A stretch of DNA of 64,000 nucleotides. Source: Candidatus Woesebacteria bacterium. GTDB taxonomy: Bacteria; Patescibacteriota; Microgenomatia; UBA1400; MFAQ01. This document shows positions 17,472 to 27,869 of the stretch, piece by piece; the stretch's first letter is position 1; each line of letters opens with the position of its first letter. The notes under the pieces are model-generated. The model ran no database searches, was not told the origin of the DNA, and saw only the letters and a program-made list of their open reading frames with translations. The stretch is from positions 129,006 through 193,005 of the forward strand of contig DAOORK010000001.1 of assembly GCA_035389185.1 (NCBI GenBank), read 5' to 3'. The position numbers and the translations under genes are program-made.

Positions 17472-19122
17472 TAACATAGATTATAGCTTTTGACTTTATT
17501 TTTCCGAAAAATGGAGTTGATTTTAGCTTAATTTTGATGCTTTCCACTCCATATGGAAGAATAACTATTTCTTGCTCAGTTTCTAAAAGATAGTCTGTTT
17601 GGTCGGCAATTATTTTCCCAGTGTAAGAGACTCCCGAGTTGTTGATTATTTGCATGGTGACATATCCCCTATCTTGTTTTAACTGGCGAATTGAAAAAGT
17701 GGGATCAGGAAATTGAATCGGGTCAGACGAGACGATGTTGATGTCTTTTGAATTTTCCATTTTATCTTTATATCCTCCAGCCGGAATAGGATAGTTTGGG
17801 TCAGTCCCATGTATGACAAAGACAATATGATTGAAATCCAGTTTGTTGAAGTAGTCGATGCCTCTTGTAGTACTGGACCAGGTAGGATCAATTTGTATCC
17901 ATGTTTTTTTGTTGCCGTCGTAGTACTCAGGCCAAGAATGAAGAACATCTTGGGTTAATGACAAAGGCTTGAGATCGGGATTCTCGGAGATGGCGTAACC
18001 TTCAAGTTCTCTTGATGGGATACCGGATTTCCGAGCGATACTAACAAAGACATTCGAAAAGTCTGTGCAGATGGCGCTTTGACTATTGATAAGAGATTCT
18101 GCCGCTGGAGTTTTTTGTGATTTTTGACGATTAACTTTGCCGTAGTCGTATTTCATTTTATCTACAATGTAGTCGTAGATTGATTTTGCTGAGGTGAGAT
18201 TTTTTATTTCTGGTGTGGAAAATACACCGTTATCGTAGTTCCAAATTGAATTTGATAACAAGTATGTATCCAGTGGGGCGATGTTGGTTGGTTTTGGCTG
18301 GAAATCCAATTTTAGGTAGAGATTGACGGTGACATCGATCTTTGATTTTGGCGAAAGGTTGTATTTTGCCAATGTGTTTCCATCCTGATCGGTGTAAATC
18401 TGTGTTGGCTGGGGTGTGATTTTTTCGTAGTATACAGTTTGATAGGCTGTATCTGGAGGAATGGCGATGATGGCTTCTGTTTTGATATCCAGGTCGTTTA
18501 CAAGGTGATACTTGAGTTCTCCTTTGAAGTACTGGGTTTGGCCAAAAACGGCACTTACGGGCTTGTTTCCTAATGTATTTCCGCTAAAGTAATAAACATT
18601 ATTTTCTGCTTTGTCGGGTTTGGGATCAACATAGGCAGGTGCAGGAAAATTATCAGGTACTGACAAAATAACTGTTTGACTGGAGACATTTTCATCTACT
18701 TCGAGGCGAGGAATGTTGATTTGCCAGGTACTGCCATTTTTTGTAGCTACGTCGGCTGAATCATACTCAATAACAAAGTGGTGAGTTTTGTCTTTACCGA
18801 CAATTTTGTTGGCGAAGGAAAAGGAAATTGTTGTCTGATTGACTGTTTTAATTACATCGGGGATGACAATAACATTTTGATCAGTGACCTTGACGTTGCT
18901 AATTTTTGTCTGATTAACGTTAAGTCCAAAATCGGTGGCGTAAACGACAGAAAGGTTGTTTTTTTGGTTTATCACATACGAGACATGAGTATTTCCACTA
19001 GGTTCGACACGATAAAAGGTTTGATACTCCGTATTAAACTTGGCGATGGCGCTGACTGACTGGGGGCAAAAAAAGCCATAAAATAGAAGAGCGAAAACAA
19101 ATGCTGAGAGAAACTTCTTCAT
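17317..19122 (-). CDS. Secreted/membrane-anchored transglutaminase-like protein
   Basis: Signal peptide, AICTDFS..HSWPEY..WIQIDPTW Cys-His-Asp triad, C-terminal TM. Confidence 0.85.
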   Translation of the reverse strand: MKKFLSAFVFALLFYGFFCPQSVSAIAKFNTEYQTFYRVEPSGNTHVSYVINQKNNLSVVYATDFGLNVNQTKISNVKVTDQNVIVIPDVIKTVNQTTISFSFANKIVGKDKTHHFVIEYDSADVATKNGSTWQINIPRLEVDENVSSQTVILSVPDNFPAPAYVDPKPDKAENNVYYFSGNTLGNKPVSAVFGQTQYFKGELKYHLVNDLDIKTEAIIAIPPDTAYQTVYYEKITPQPTQIYTDQDGNTLAKYNLSPKSKIDVTVNLYLKLDFQPKPTNIAPLDTYLLSNSIWNYDNGVFSTPEIKNLTSAKSIYDYIVDKMKYDYGKVNRQKSQKTPAAESLINSQSAICTDFSNVFVSIARKSGIPSRELEGYAISENPDLKPLSLTQDVLHSWPEYYDGNKKTWIQIDPTWSSTTRGIDYFNKLDFNHIVFVIHGTDPNYPIPAGGYKDKMENSKDINIVSSDPIQFPDPTFSIRQLKQDRGYVTMQIINNSGVSYTGKIIADQTDYLLETEQEIVILPYGVESIKIKLKSTPFFGKIKSKAIIYVNGLRLEQDISIEPAIPQAAIFAGIGIILGTFALAARNIHLRRRKQKTSLYR

Positions 19123-19131
19123 CAATTGATA

Positions 19132-22053
19132 TTACAACAGTTTTTTTAGCTCCTCGGCTGTTGGGGTATCAAAGTTATCAGTAATTTTTTTTGGTGAGCC
19201 AGAGGCAATAATTTCTCCGCCCTTGTTGCCTCCTTCGGGACCCATGTCAATTACAAAATCGGCATTCTTAATAACATCCAGATTGTGTTCGATGACGATG
19301 ACAGTGTTGTTTTGGTTAACAAGATCAACCAACGTCTGCACTAGTTTGTTTAGATCATCGAAGTGAAGACCTGTGGTTGGTTCATCTAGAATATAAACAG
19401 TGTGTCCATTACCTGTTTTGCTAAGTTCGGTGGCCAGTTTGACTCTTTGGGCTTCTCCTCCGGAAAGTGTTGGTGCCGGCTGACCCATCTTGATATAGCC
19501 AAGACCAACTTTTCTGATGGTCTCTAATTTTTTGCTGATGGTTGGAATGTTGCGGAAAAAGATGGCCGCTTCATCCATGGTCATATTTAGTACATCGGCA
19601 ATATTTTTTCCTTTGTATTGAACTTCAAGAGTGGGTTCATTAAAGCGAGTTCCCTTGCAGGTCTCACAGGTAATATATATGTCACCCAAAAACTGCATTT
19701 CTATTTTGATAACACCATCTCCCTGACAGGTTTCACAGCGACCACCTTTGGTATTGAAGCTAAATCTGCCTGGTCCGTAGCCTCTGTAGTGAGCTTCTTG
19801 GGTATTGGCAAACAAGGCTCTGATGTGATCGAAAACTTTGGTGTAAGTGGCTGGATTACTGCGAGGAGTTTTTCCGATTGGACTTTGGTCAATTAAAGAA
19901 ACTCTTTTTACGGCATCGGGAATCATGATTGAACCAAAACTAATATCTTGCTTACGGTGCATTGAGTTTAATCTTTGGGAAAGAGCCTCGTAAAGTGTGT
20001 CCACAACCAGAGATGACTTACCAGATCCCGAGACGCCTGTAACAGCGATTAATCTGTTGAGCGGGAAATCGGCATCGATATTTTTTAGATTGTGGTGAGT
20101 ACAGCCCTCAAGTCTGATTTGACCGAGACTGTCGGCAGGATTTTTGGGTTTTTTGGCGACGATTTGTTTTTTGCCAGATAAGTATTGGCCGGTAATGCAG
20201 TCAGATTTTTTCATTTCGGCAACACTACCCTCAAAAGTAACCTTACCGCCGAATTCTCCAGCATGAGGCCCAAATTCGACCAGGTGTTCGGCGGACTCGA
20301 TTGTTTGCTGGTCGTGTTCTACGACAATAAGGGAGTTACCCAAACTAACAAGATCTTGCAGTGTTTTTATTAGCTTAGCGTTGTCTCTTTGGTGCAAGCC
20401 AATTGTGGGTTCATCAAGAACATAGAGAATACCGGTGAGGTGTGAGCCTATTTGACTCGCAAGACGAATGCGTTGTAGTTCTCCGCCAGATAATGTGCCT
20501 GATTCGCGACCAAGAGTAAGGTAGCTTAATCCAACCGAGGATAGGAAGTTTAGACGATCCTTGATTTCTTTGACGATTGGTTCACTGATTTGTTTTTCCA
20601 TTTCGGTTAATTTGGAGTTTAGGTCTTGGAAAAACTTAACGTTGTTTTCAATAGATGTTTTGGTTACTTCACTAATTGATTGGCCATCAACATGGATTGC
20701 CAAAACCTCGGGTTTTAGTCTGGTACCCAAACACACAGGACAAGTCTTTTTGATCATGTATCGTTCGATCTCATCTTTTAGCGCTTCAGATGATGTCTCG
20801 GCGTAGCGTCTTTCAAATTCCTTGGCTAAACCTTCATATTTACTTTTCCAAGAAACGATCTTCCCGTAGCGATTTGCACCTTTGACGGAGTAGATTTTGT
20901 CACCGGTACCTTCGAATAAGACCTTCTGTTGTTCGGGAGACATCTCTGAAAGAGGGGCATTGGCGGCAAAACCTACGGAGGCAAGAGCTTCAATAATAAG
21001 TTTGGCAAGCCATGAACGCATCTCGAATTGGGCGGCTAGAGGAATGATGCCTCCTTCAAGTAAGGTTAACGAGGGTGAAATAATACTTTCGGTGTCAAGA
21101 ATCATCTTGGTTCCCAGACCGGTACACTCAGGACAGGCGCCATCCGGGGCATTAAATGAAAAATAGCGTGGTTCTATTTCGGGTATAGAAATGTTGCATA
21201 CAGGACAGGCAAGTTTTTGCGAGAATAGATGATCTTCTGTTTGTTCGGGATTGTCCGGGAAGCTTAGCGATGGATCGCTAACGACAGAGACAACAACTTC
21301 ACCATCGGCAATCTTGAGTGATTGTTCCAAAGAGTCGATAAGACGCTGTTTTTCGTACTCAACTTGACCGCCGACTTGACCAATGACCAGTTTGTCGATG
21401 ACCGCGTCTATTTGGTGACGATTATTTTTGAATAAGGTTAAGGTGGACTGAGTAGAGAGTATTTTTCCATCGACACGTACTTGGGAAATTCCCTGTTTGA
21501 AAAGATTGGGAAAAAGGTCAGAAAACTCACCTTTTTGGTTTTTAACTATTGGGGCCAGAATTAGAATGCGAGTCCCCTTTTGTTTGCTGTATGAAGGATG
21601 AGTTTGAGCCATTTCTACAACAGCTTTGTAGATCTGATTGATGTCTTGGGGCGTGATTTCGCGACCGCATTTGGGACAGTGAGGATGACCGATACGGGCA
21701 AACAGGAGACGGAGATAATCGTAGATCTCGGTTACTGTACCGACGGTACTACGGGGATTGTGGCTCCCTTGTTTTTGATCGATCAGAATAGCTGGAGAAA
21801 GACCTTCAATCTGGTCAACGTCTGGTTTGTCCATGACACCCAAAAATTGACGGGCATAAGAGCTGAGTGACTCGACATAGCGACGCTGGCCTTCGGCATA
21901 AATTGTGTCGTGAGCCATACTAGACTTACCACTGCCTGAAACACCAGTGAAAACCACCAGTTTGTTCTTGGGAATAGTCAAGTCAACGTTTTTGAGGTTG
22001 TGTTGACGAGATCCTTTGATAATAAGATGAGTTGATGGTGAAATTTCCGGCAT
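19132..22053 (-). CDS. uvrA: Excinuclease ABC subunit A
   Basis: Two GVSGSGKSS Walker A motifs, LSGGE signatures, zinc fingers. Confidence 0.98.
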   Translation of the reverse strand: MPEISPSTHLIIKGSRQHNLKNVDLTIPKNKLVVFTGVSGSGKSSMAHDTIYAEGQRRYVESLSSYARQFLGVMDKPDVDQIEGLSPAILIDQKQGSHNPRSTVGTVTEIYDYLRLLFARIGHPHCPKCGREITPQDINQIYKAVVEMAQTHPSYSKQKGTRILILAPIVKNQKGEFSDLFPNLFKQGISQVRVDGKILSTQSTLTLFKNNRHQIDAVIDKLVIGQVGGQVEYEKQRLIDSLEQSLKIADGEVVVSVVSDPSLSFPDNPEQTEDHLFSQKLACPVCNISIPEIEPRYFSFNAPDGACPECTGLGTKMILDTESIISPSLTLLEGGIIPLAAQFEMRSWLAKLIIEALASVGFAANAPLSEMSPEQQKVLFEGTGDKIYSVKGANRYGKIVSWKSKYEGLAKEFERRYAETSSEALKDEIERYMIKKTCPVCLGTRLKPEVLAIHVDGQSISEVTKTSIENNVKFFQDLNSKLTEMEKQISEPIVKEIKDRLNFLSSVGLSYLTLGRESGTLSGGELQRIRLASQIGSHLTGILYVLDEPTIGLHQRDNAKLIKTLQDLVSLGNSLIVVEHDQQTIESAEHLVEFGPHAGEFGGKVTFEGSVAEMKKSDCITGQYLSGKKQIVAKKPKNPADSLGQIRLEGCTHHNLKNIDADFPLNRLIAVTGVSGSGKSSLVVDTLYEALSQRLNSMHRKQDISFGSIMIPDAVKRVSLIDQSPIGKTPRSNPATYTKVFDHIRALFANTQEAHYRGYGPGRFSFNTKGGRCETCQGDGVIKIEMQFLGDIYITCETCKGTRFNEPTLEVQYKGKNIADVLNMTMDEAAIFFRNIPTISKKLETIRKVGLGYIKMGQPAPTLSGGEAQRVKLATELSKTGNGHTVYILDEPTTGLHFDDLNKLVQTLVDLVNQNNTVIVIEHNLDVIKNADFVIDMGPEGGNKGGEIIASGSPKKITDNFDTPTAEELKKLL

Positions 22054-22100
22054 AACAGCCTATTCTAACATTTTTTACCTTAGATTACCCGAAGGATAAA

Positions 22101-22640
22101 TTATAGTGTTCTGGCCAAAGCATTGTAACGGTTTTCTTTTGCTAAGCCAAACGATTCAAGACCTTTTTTTATGGCCATAATTTGTACTAAACCAATACTT
22201 ATATCTCGAGCAATATTGAATTTCTTCATAATATAGTTTCTAGCTCTGTCATGATAAGAACCACGGAGTTGATCATATCCGATAGCGTCATACTGATCTT
22301 GATGAGTGACGTGATGTTTTAGCAAAGAAAAATATTCATCCAGAGGATTAATTTCGGATGAGTTTCCACTGTAAATATTTTTTTTATAGTCAAGCATAAC
22401 ATCCTCATCTTCGGCAAAATGAATCAGACAAAGGCGTGCTTTTTCGTCAGACTCAAACAAATCTCGCATTTCATAAGGGTAATCTTCGCTGTATGTTTTT
22501 CCACTCTTGAAGTTAGCGAACCCCTTTTTATATTGTTCACTTTGACGAAAGTTTTCTACATATTCGACGGGATCAATAAAAACTTTGTTGTTGTCGATTT
22601 CATTTTGTACGTTTTGTATTTCCGTTAGGGTATTATCCAT
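22101..22640 (-). CDS. Hypothetical protein inserted between uvrB and uvrA
   Basis: 179-aa ORF, co-oriented, 8 nt after the uvrB stop. Confidence 0.6.
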   Translation of the reverse strand: MDNTLTEIQNVQNEIDNNKVFIDPVEYVENFRQSEQYKKGFANFKSGKTYSEDYPYEMRDLFESDEKARLCLIHFAEDEDVMLDYKKNIYSGNSSEINPLDEYFSLLKHHVTHQDQYDAIGYDQLRGSYHDRARNYIMKKFNIARDISIGLVQIMAIKKGLESFGLAKENRYNALARTL

Positions 22641-22648
22641 GGATAATA

Positions 22649-24697
22649 TTAACTTATTTTTTTAAGCGTGTCACGATATCGAGCGGCAAGCTCGAAGTTC
22701 CAGGAGTTGGCGGCGATGGTCATCATCTTTTTTAGCTTGATAGAGAGGGCCTTTTTCTTTTGAGGTGTCAGTGATTCGGGGTTGATATCATCTATTTCTG
22801 TCCAGCCAAACTCGGCCAGTTCTTTAATTCTGGGAGCCGGAGACGCGGAATCTCGATGCAAGAGGGCCTCTCGAATAGGTTTAACAATACCGATTGGAGT
22901 GATGTTGTGGTCCAGATTATATTGATATTGGACCTGACGACGTCTTTGGGTTTCTTCAATGGCTATCTTCATAGAGTTTGAAACTCTATTGGCGTAAAGA
23001 ATTACATGTCCGTTGACATGTCTGGCGGCTCTACCCATGGTTTGAATTAAAGCAGTCGGGGTACGTAAAAAGCCTTCTTTGTCGGCGTCAAGGATAGCCA
23101 CAAGGGATACTTCGGGAAGATCTAGGCCTTCGCGAAGGAGATTAATACCCACCAAACAGTCAAAGTTTCCCAGACGAAGATTTTCGAGGATGTCGGAGCG
23201 ATCTAGGGTTTTGATATCCGAGTGGAGATACTCTACTTTGAGTCCGTATTTGGTTTTGAGGTGTTCTGACAAATCTTCGGCCATTTTTTTGGTGAGAGTA
23301 AGAACAAGAGATCTCTCCCCCTTCTCCTTTCTCATTTTTAGTTCGTTTGAGAGGTCGTCTATCTGACCGGTAACCGGCCTGACTTCGACATCTGGATCGA
23401 GTAATCCGGTTGGTCTGATTAGCTGTTCGGCTATGGTAGGTATCTGACTGGCTTTGGATAGAGATAGCTCATACTCTGATGGAGTTGCAGAACAGTATAG
23501 AGTTTGCGGGGTACGAGATTGAAATTCGGTAAAGGTGAGAGGCCGATTGTCTTTGGCACTAGGAAGTCGGAAACCAAAATTGATGAGGTTCTCTTTTCGA
23601 GCTTGATCTCCGTTGTACATGCCTCTAATCTGAGGCAGACTAATATGCGATTCGTCGATGACGGTAAGGAAGTTTGGCAGATTGAACTTTTTGACGTTGT
23701 AGTGAAAATATTCTAAAAGAGAGTAAGGTGGGTCTCCTGGTTTACGGCCATCAAAATAACGGGAGTAGTTTTCGATACCGTTGACGTAACCGACTTCTTC
23801 TAGCATAGAGAGGTCGTAGTTAACTTTTTGTTCCAAGCGATAAGCTTCAATAGTTTTGCCAATACTTTTGAAGTAAGAGATTTGCTTATCCATGTCGGAG
23901 CGAATTAGCGCGACAGCATCAGTTTGGGTTTTGGGGTCGGTAAGGAACAGCTTGGCCGGATTGATAGTAATGAGGCCAGTTTTCTCAAGATCCGGGTCTT
24001 CAATTTTGGTAAAGTTGTAGGGTTCTAGAATGGTGATGTTTTCAAGAGTAGTTGGACTAAAAGTCATGGAAATGACGATGTCCTTGTAAGAGGGATAAAG
24101 CTGTATATTGGAACCGATAACTCTAAAAGTACCTCTTGTAAGCTCTGCGTTTGTTCTTTGGTACTGAAGATCGGCGAGGCGACGGATAACGGTTTCTCGA
24201 GAGATTACTTGACCTTTGGTTAGGGTGAGTATGTATTTTTCCTGATCTTCCGGTGAGCCGATGTTGTAAATACAGGAAACAGAAGCAATAACGATACTGT
24301 CTGGCCGTGAAAGAAGGTTGGCTGTGGTTGTTAGACGAAGTCTGTCGATCTCCGGATTGATATCTGCCTCCTTTTCGATATAGGTATCTGTTTGAGGAAT
24401 GTAGGCTTCCGGTTGGTAATAATCGTAGTAACTAACAAAATAAGAAACGGCATTGTCGGGGAAATAATCACGAAACTCCTGGTAGAGTTGACTGGCTAAA
24501 GTTTTGTTGTGACAGACAATGAGAGTGGGTAGCTGAACTTTCTCAATTACTTTGGCAACGGTGAATGTTTTCCCTGAGCCGGTGACTCCGAGCAGGGTTT
24601 GATGTGTATTTCCTGAGGAGATGGCCTGAGAAAGCTGCTCAATTGCTTGAGGTTGATCTCCTGTCGGCTGGTAGTCGGACTTTATTTTGAATTGCAC
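22649..24697 (-). CDS. uvrB: Excinuclease ABC subunit B
   Basis: GVTGSGKT, YFVSYYDYYQPEAY, IDESH, GINLLREGLD. Confidence 0.98.
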   Translation of the reverse strand: MQFKIKSDYQPTGDQPQAIEQLSQAISSGNTHQTLLGVTGSGKTFTVAKVIEKVQLPTLIVCHNKTLASQLYQEFRDYFPDNAVSYFVSYYDYYQPEAYIPQTDTYIEKEADINPEIDRLRLTTTANLLSRPDSIVIASVSCIYNIGSPEDQEKYILTLTKGQVISRETVIRRLADLQYQRTNAELTRGTFRVIGSNIQLYPSYKDIVISMTFSPTTLENITILEPYNFTKIEDPDLEKTGLITINPAKLFLTDPKTQTDAVALIRSDMDKQISYFKSIGKTIEAYRLEQKVNYDLSMLEEVGYVNGIENYSRYFDGRKPGDPPYSLLEYFHYNVKKFNLPNFLTVIDESHISLPQIRGMYNGDQARKENLINFGFRLPSAKDNRPLTFTEFQSRTPQTLYCSATPSEYELSLSKASQIPTIAEQLIRPTGLLDPDVEVRPVTGQIDDLSNELKMRKEKGERSLVLTLTKKMAEDLSEHLKTKYGLKVEYLHSDIKTLDRSDILENLRLGNFDCLVGINLLREGLDLPEVSLVAILDADKEGFLRTPTALIQTMGRAARHVNGHVILYANRVSNSMKIAIEETQRRRQVQYQYNLDHNITPIGIVKPIREALLHRDSASPAPRIKELAEFGWTEIDDINPESLTPQKKKALSIKLKKMMTIAANSWNFELAARYRDTLKKIS

Positions 24698-24725
24698 AAC
24701 TATATTTTACCCGAAAAAAGCCCCA

Positions 24726-24754
24726 TTGACTTTTGGGTATTGTTTGGTAATAAT
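24726..24754 (+). promoter_or_regulatory. Sigma70-like lexA promoter
   Basis: TTGACT, 16-17 nt spacer, TAATAAT ending 6 nt before the ATG. Confidence 0.6.
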
Positions 24755-24760
24755 GGATTC

Positions 24761-25381
24761 ATGACCGTAACACTTTATCGAAGACAGAGACAGATCGTGG
24801 AGTTTATTTCTCAGTTTATCCAAAAAAATGGTTACTCCCCTACTCTTTCTGAAATAGCTGTGGCAATAGGAGTATCTTCTTTGGCTACTGTTCACGAACA
24901 TCTCCAAGCACTTGAGAAAAAAGGAATCATCAAGAAATTTGATGGTGCTATCCGGGGTATCTCTTTGGTAGATACAAATGGAGCGGAAGCTAATTCGGTG
25001 GAGTTACCCATTTTGGGATTTATTGCCGCCGGAAGGCCGATTGAGCCTTTGACAGATCCAAATGCTTCAATGAAGGTAGCCTCGTCAATGATCTCCGGGA
25101 AAAAGAGAGCCTTTGTCCTGCAAGTTAAGGGCGACTCAATGATTGAAGAAGGCATTTTTGACCACGATTATGTGATTATTGAAGAGTGCGACATTTCTGG
25201 AGTCAAGGATGGCGATATTGTGGTGGCTTTATTGGAAAATGGTTTGGCTACCCTAAAAAGATTTTTTAAGGAAAGAACTCGAGTCCGTTTGGAACCTGCA
25301 AACTCGTCAATGTCCCCTATTTTTGCCATCAACGTAAAGGTTCAGGGAAAATGTGTTGGTGTTATCCGTAAGTTTAGCTAA
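24761..25381 (+). CDS. lexA: LexA repressor
   Basis: GYSPTLSEIA...ATVHEHL HTH, AAG cleavage site, GDSM and TLKR catalytic Ser/Lys; start reassigned to ATG 24761. Confidence 0.95.
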   Translation: MTVTLYRRQRQIVEFISQFIQKNGYSPTLSEIAVAIGVSSLATVHEHLQALEKKGIIKKFDGAIRGISLVDTNGAEANSVELPILGFIAAGRPIEPLTDPNASMKVASSMISGKKRAFVLQVKGDSMIEEGIFDHDYVIIEECDISGVKDGDIVVALLENGLATLKRFFKERTRVRLEPANSSMSPIFAINVKVQGKCVGVIRKFS

Positions 25382-26082
25382 TGAAATTATTTATTGTTGG
25401 GTTACCGATCGGAAACATTGAGGATATTTCTTTGCGTGCTCTAAGGGTATTGCAGGAGACAAAGTATTTGATCTGTGAAGATACAAGAATGTTTAACAAT
25501 TTATGGAGCAAATTGATGCAACTTGATTTGGCAAAAAAATTCGAAGGTAAGATTCACTTTATCAATGATTTTAATGAGTACAAGGAACTCCCCAGAGTTT
25601 TGGCAGAAGTTTGCTCGTTGGAGTCGGCAGTGCTAGTTTCGGACGCCGGAATGCCCCTTATTTCCGATCCTGGCTATAAATTGGTAAGACAGGCAATCGA
25701 CAATGGTTGGGAGATTGATGTGGTGCCTGGTCCGACGGCCGAAAGTGCGGCTTTGGCTGTCTCCGGATTACCTACTGATCGATACCTGTTTTTGGGATTT
25801 TTGAATAAGAAACCCGGTAAGCGATTGGACTCGCTGAAAGTGGTCAAGGAAATGGGAAAACTGTCAAAGCTGACGGCAGTTATCTATGAATCTCCGATGC
25901 GTATTCAAAAGATTATGCCTGATGTTATTTCTATTTTTGGTGAAGATGCACCTGCGTGTTTGGCAGTTGATCTGACTAAGGTCTCACAAAAGATATTAAG
26001 AGGCTCTTTGACCGAGTTAAGTGATATGGTGGCTACAAAGAAGATTAAGGGTGAGTTGGTTCTATTGATCTCGGTCGAATAA
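25381..26082 (+). CDS. rsmI: 16S rRNA (cytidine1402-2'-O)-methyltransferase
   Basis: PIGNIEDISLRAL, CEDTR, VSDAGMPLISDPG, YESPMR. Confidence 0.93.
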   Translation: MKLFIVGLPIGNIEDISLRALRVLQETKYLICEDTRMFNNLWSKLMQLDLAKKFEGKIHFINDFNEYKELPRVLAEVCSLESAVLVSDAGMPLISDPGYKLVRQAIDNGWEIDVVPGPTAESAALAVSGLPTDRYLFLGFLNKKPGKRLDSLKVVKEMGKLSKLTAVIYESPMRIQKIMPDVISIFGEDAPACLAVDLTKVSQKILRGSLTELSDMVATKKIKGELVLLISVE

Positions 26083-26094
26083 AAAACCGTCTGC

Positions 26095-26289
26095 CTAAGG
26101 CAGACGGTTTAAGTCAGTTCCAAACTTGATCATGGCCGAGAAAAGGAAATTGTTCAAGGATGGATTATATGAAGGAGAGACGTAGACTACGTCTGTCTGA
26201 TTACCTTTTTCAATCAACTTTCTTAGTTCTGCATTCACACTTTTTGTTAATGTTTCTTGGCTTTCAGATGAAAGGATTATAACCAGCAT
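26095..26289 (-). CDS. Small hypothetical protein
   Basis: GGAGG SD before ATG 26289; ends in bidirectional terminator 26082-26110. Confidence 0.5.
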   Translation of the reverse strand: MLVIILSSESQETLTKSVNAELRKLIEKGNQTDVVYVSPSYNPSLNNFLFSAMIKFGTDLNRLP

Positions 26290-26348
26290 TTTAGCCTCCA
26301 ATGGTAAGATATGACTGTATTATATAGGATAGTCCTCAAAAAGTCAAG

Positions 26349-27869
26349 CTATAGGGGTTTGTCTCGCACAATGAGATCTTTGCCGTTCATTTCCGATGGA
26401 AGCGGAATTTGAAGTAGATTGAGAATGGTTGGGGCAATGTCCCCTAGTTTGCCTGGCTGAAGCTGAAAATGGAAATCAGTTGGATGAAATACTATCAGAG
26501 GAACGGGTGAAGTTGAGTGTTGGGTGTTGACTCCGTTAGTGCGGCTAGAGATCAGTTCCTCGGCATTGCCGTGATCGGCAGTGACAAGAAGATAACTATT
26601 TGTTTCTTTGGACAGAGAAACCAGTTGAGCAAGGGCATCGTCTGAGGCTTTGATAGCTTCGATTGTCTTATCTATTTTACCAGTGTGAGCTACCATGTCA
26701 GGACAGGCAATATTGATTACCGATAAGTGATATTTTTCCCCTGTTACTTTTTGACAAAAATCGTTAATTAGTTTATCAGTGGACATTCTGGGCGAAAGGT
26801 CATAAGTGGAGACTTTGGGCGAGTCGACAAAAAGGTGTGATTCACCCGGAAATTCAATCTCATTTTGACCATTAAAATAATATGAAACCATGGCTATTTT
26901 TTCGGTTTCTGCGGCCCGAAGCTGATTGAAGTTGTTTTTGGAGATTACCTCTCCTAAAGTATTGTTTAGTTTGGTGGTAGTAAACATGACCGGATTTTGA
27001 AAGTCTTCGCGATATTTGGTCATAGTTACAAAGCGCAGGTTGGGAATTCCTGAGCCAAGAAACATCTGAGTTAACTGTCTGGGACGATCAGTACGGAAGT
27101 TAAAGAAAACAACGGCGTCTCCGGCTTTTATTCTGGTATTTGGTACATCATCCCCTATGGCAGTTGGTTCAACGAACTCATCAAAAACGTTATTACGATA
27201 ACAGTTCTCAAGATAATTATCTGCGGTGTTCTCGCTTTTGCCTGATTGACCAACTAGGACATCAAATGCTTTTTGGGTGCGATCTAAACGCTGGTCGCGA
27301 TCCATAGCATAGTATCGGCCAATGATAGAAGAGATTTTCCCGACGCCGATTTTATCTATCTGAGTTTGAACAAGTTTGATTTGTTCGGCACCATTTTGAG
27401 GAGGGCTGTCACGGCCATCGGTAATAAGATGCAAAAAAACGTTTTGAATGTTTTGTTTTTTGGCGAAAAGAAGCAGAGCGTAAAGATGTTCATTGTAGGC
27501 ATGAACACCTGAGTTTCCAATCATACCGATAAGATGGAGCCGTGACTGAAAAGTATTAAGGTGTTTTATGGTTTCTAATAGTGCTTTGTTGGTGAAAAAA
27601 CTGCCGTCTGCAATGGCCATGTTGATAAGAGACAGGTCTTGGAAAACTATTCGGCCGGCACCGATATTTAAGTGACCGGTTTCACTGTTGCCATCTTGTC
27701 CTTCTGGCAAGCCAACGGCCGCACCAGATGCTAGAAGCTCTGTGTGAGGATAGTTTTCTAATAGATAGTTAAAGGTTTGTGGATTTGCTTGAGAGATAGC
27801 GTTACCTGACCCGGGTGGAGCAACTCCCCAACCGTCCAGTATGCAAAGAATGACAGAGTGATTATCCAT
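26349..27869 (-). CDS. gpmI: 2,3-bisphosphoglycerate-independent phosphoglycerate mutase
   Basis: ILDGWG, GNSETGHLNIGAGR, AETEK, DMVAHTG, TADHGN; start at MDNHSV coupled to the eno stop. Confidence 0.96.
   Translation of the reverse strand: MDNHSVILCILDGWGVAPPGSGNAISQANPQTFNYLLENYPHTELLASGAAVGLPEGQDGNSETGHLNIGAGRIVFQDLSLINMAIADGSFFTNKALLETIKHLNTFQSRLHLIGMIGNSGVHAYNEHLYALLLFAKKQNIQNVFLHLITDGRDSPPQNGAEQIKLVQTQIDKIGVGKISSIIGRYYAMDRDQRLDRTQKAFDVLVGQSGKSENTADNYLENCYRNNVFDEFVEPTAIGDDVPNTRIKAGDAVVFFNFRTDRPRQLTQMFLGSGIPNLRFVTMTKYREDFQNPVMFTTTKLNNTLGEVISKNNFNQLRAAETEKIAMVSYYFNGQNEIEFPGESHLFVDSPKVSTYDLSPRMSTDKLINDFCQKVTGEKYHLSVINIACPDMVAHTGKIDKTIEAIKASDDALAQLVSLSKETNSYLLVTADHGNAEELISSRTNGVNTQHSTSPVPLIVFHPTDFHFQLQPGKLGDIAPTILNLLQIPLPSEMNGKDLIVRDKPL

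Noticed and set aside
24647-24760. Long N-terminal extensions of lexA (and of gpmI to 27968, ruvC to 45750)
   Set aside because: They overlap neighbouring genes or promoters; downstream ATGs fit family starts better
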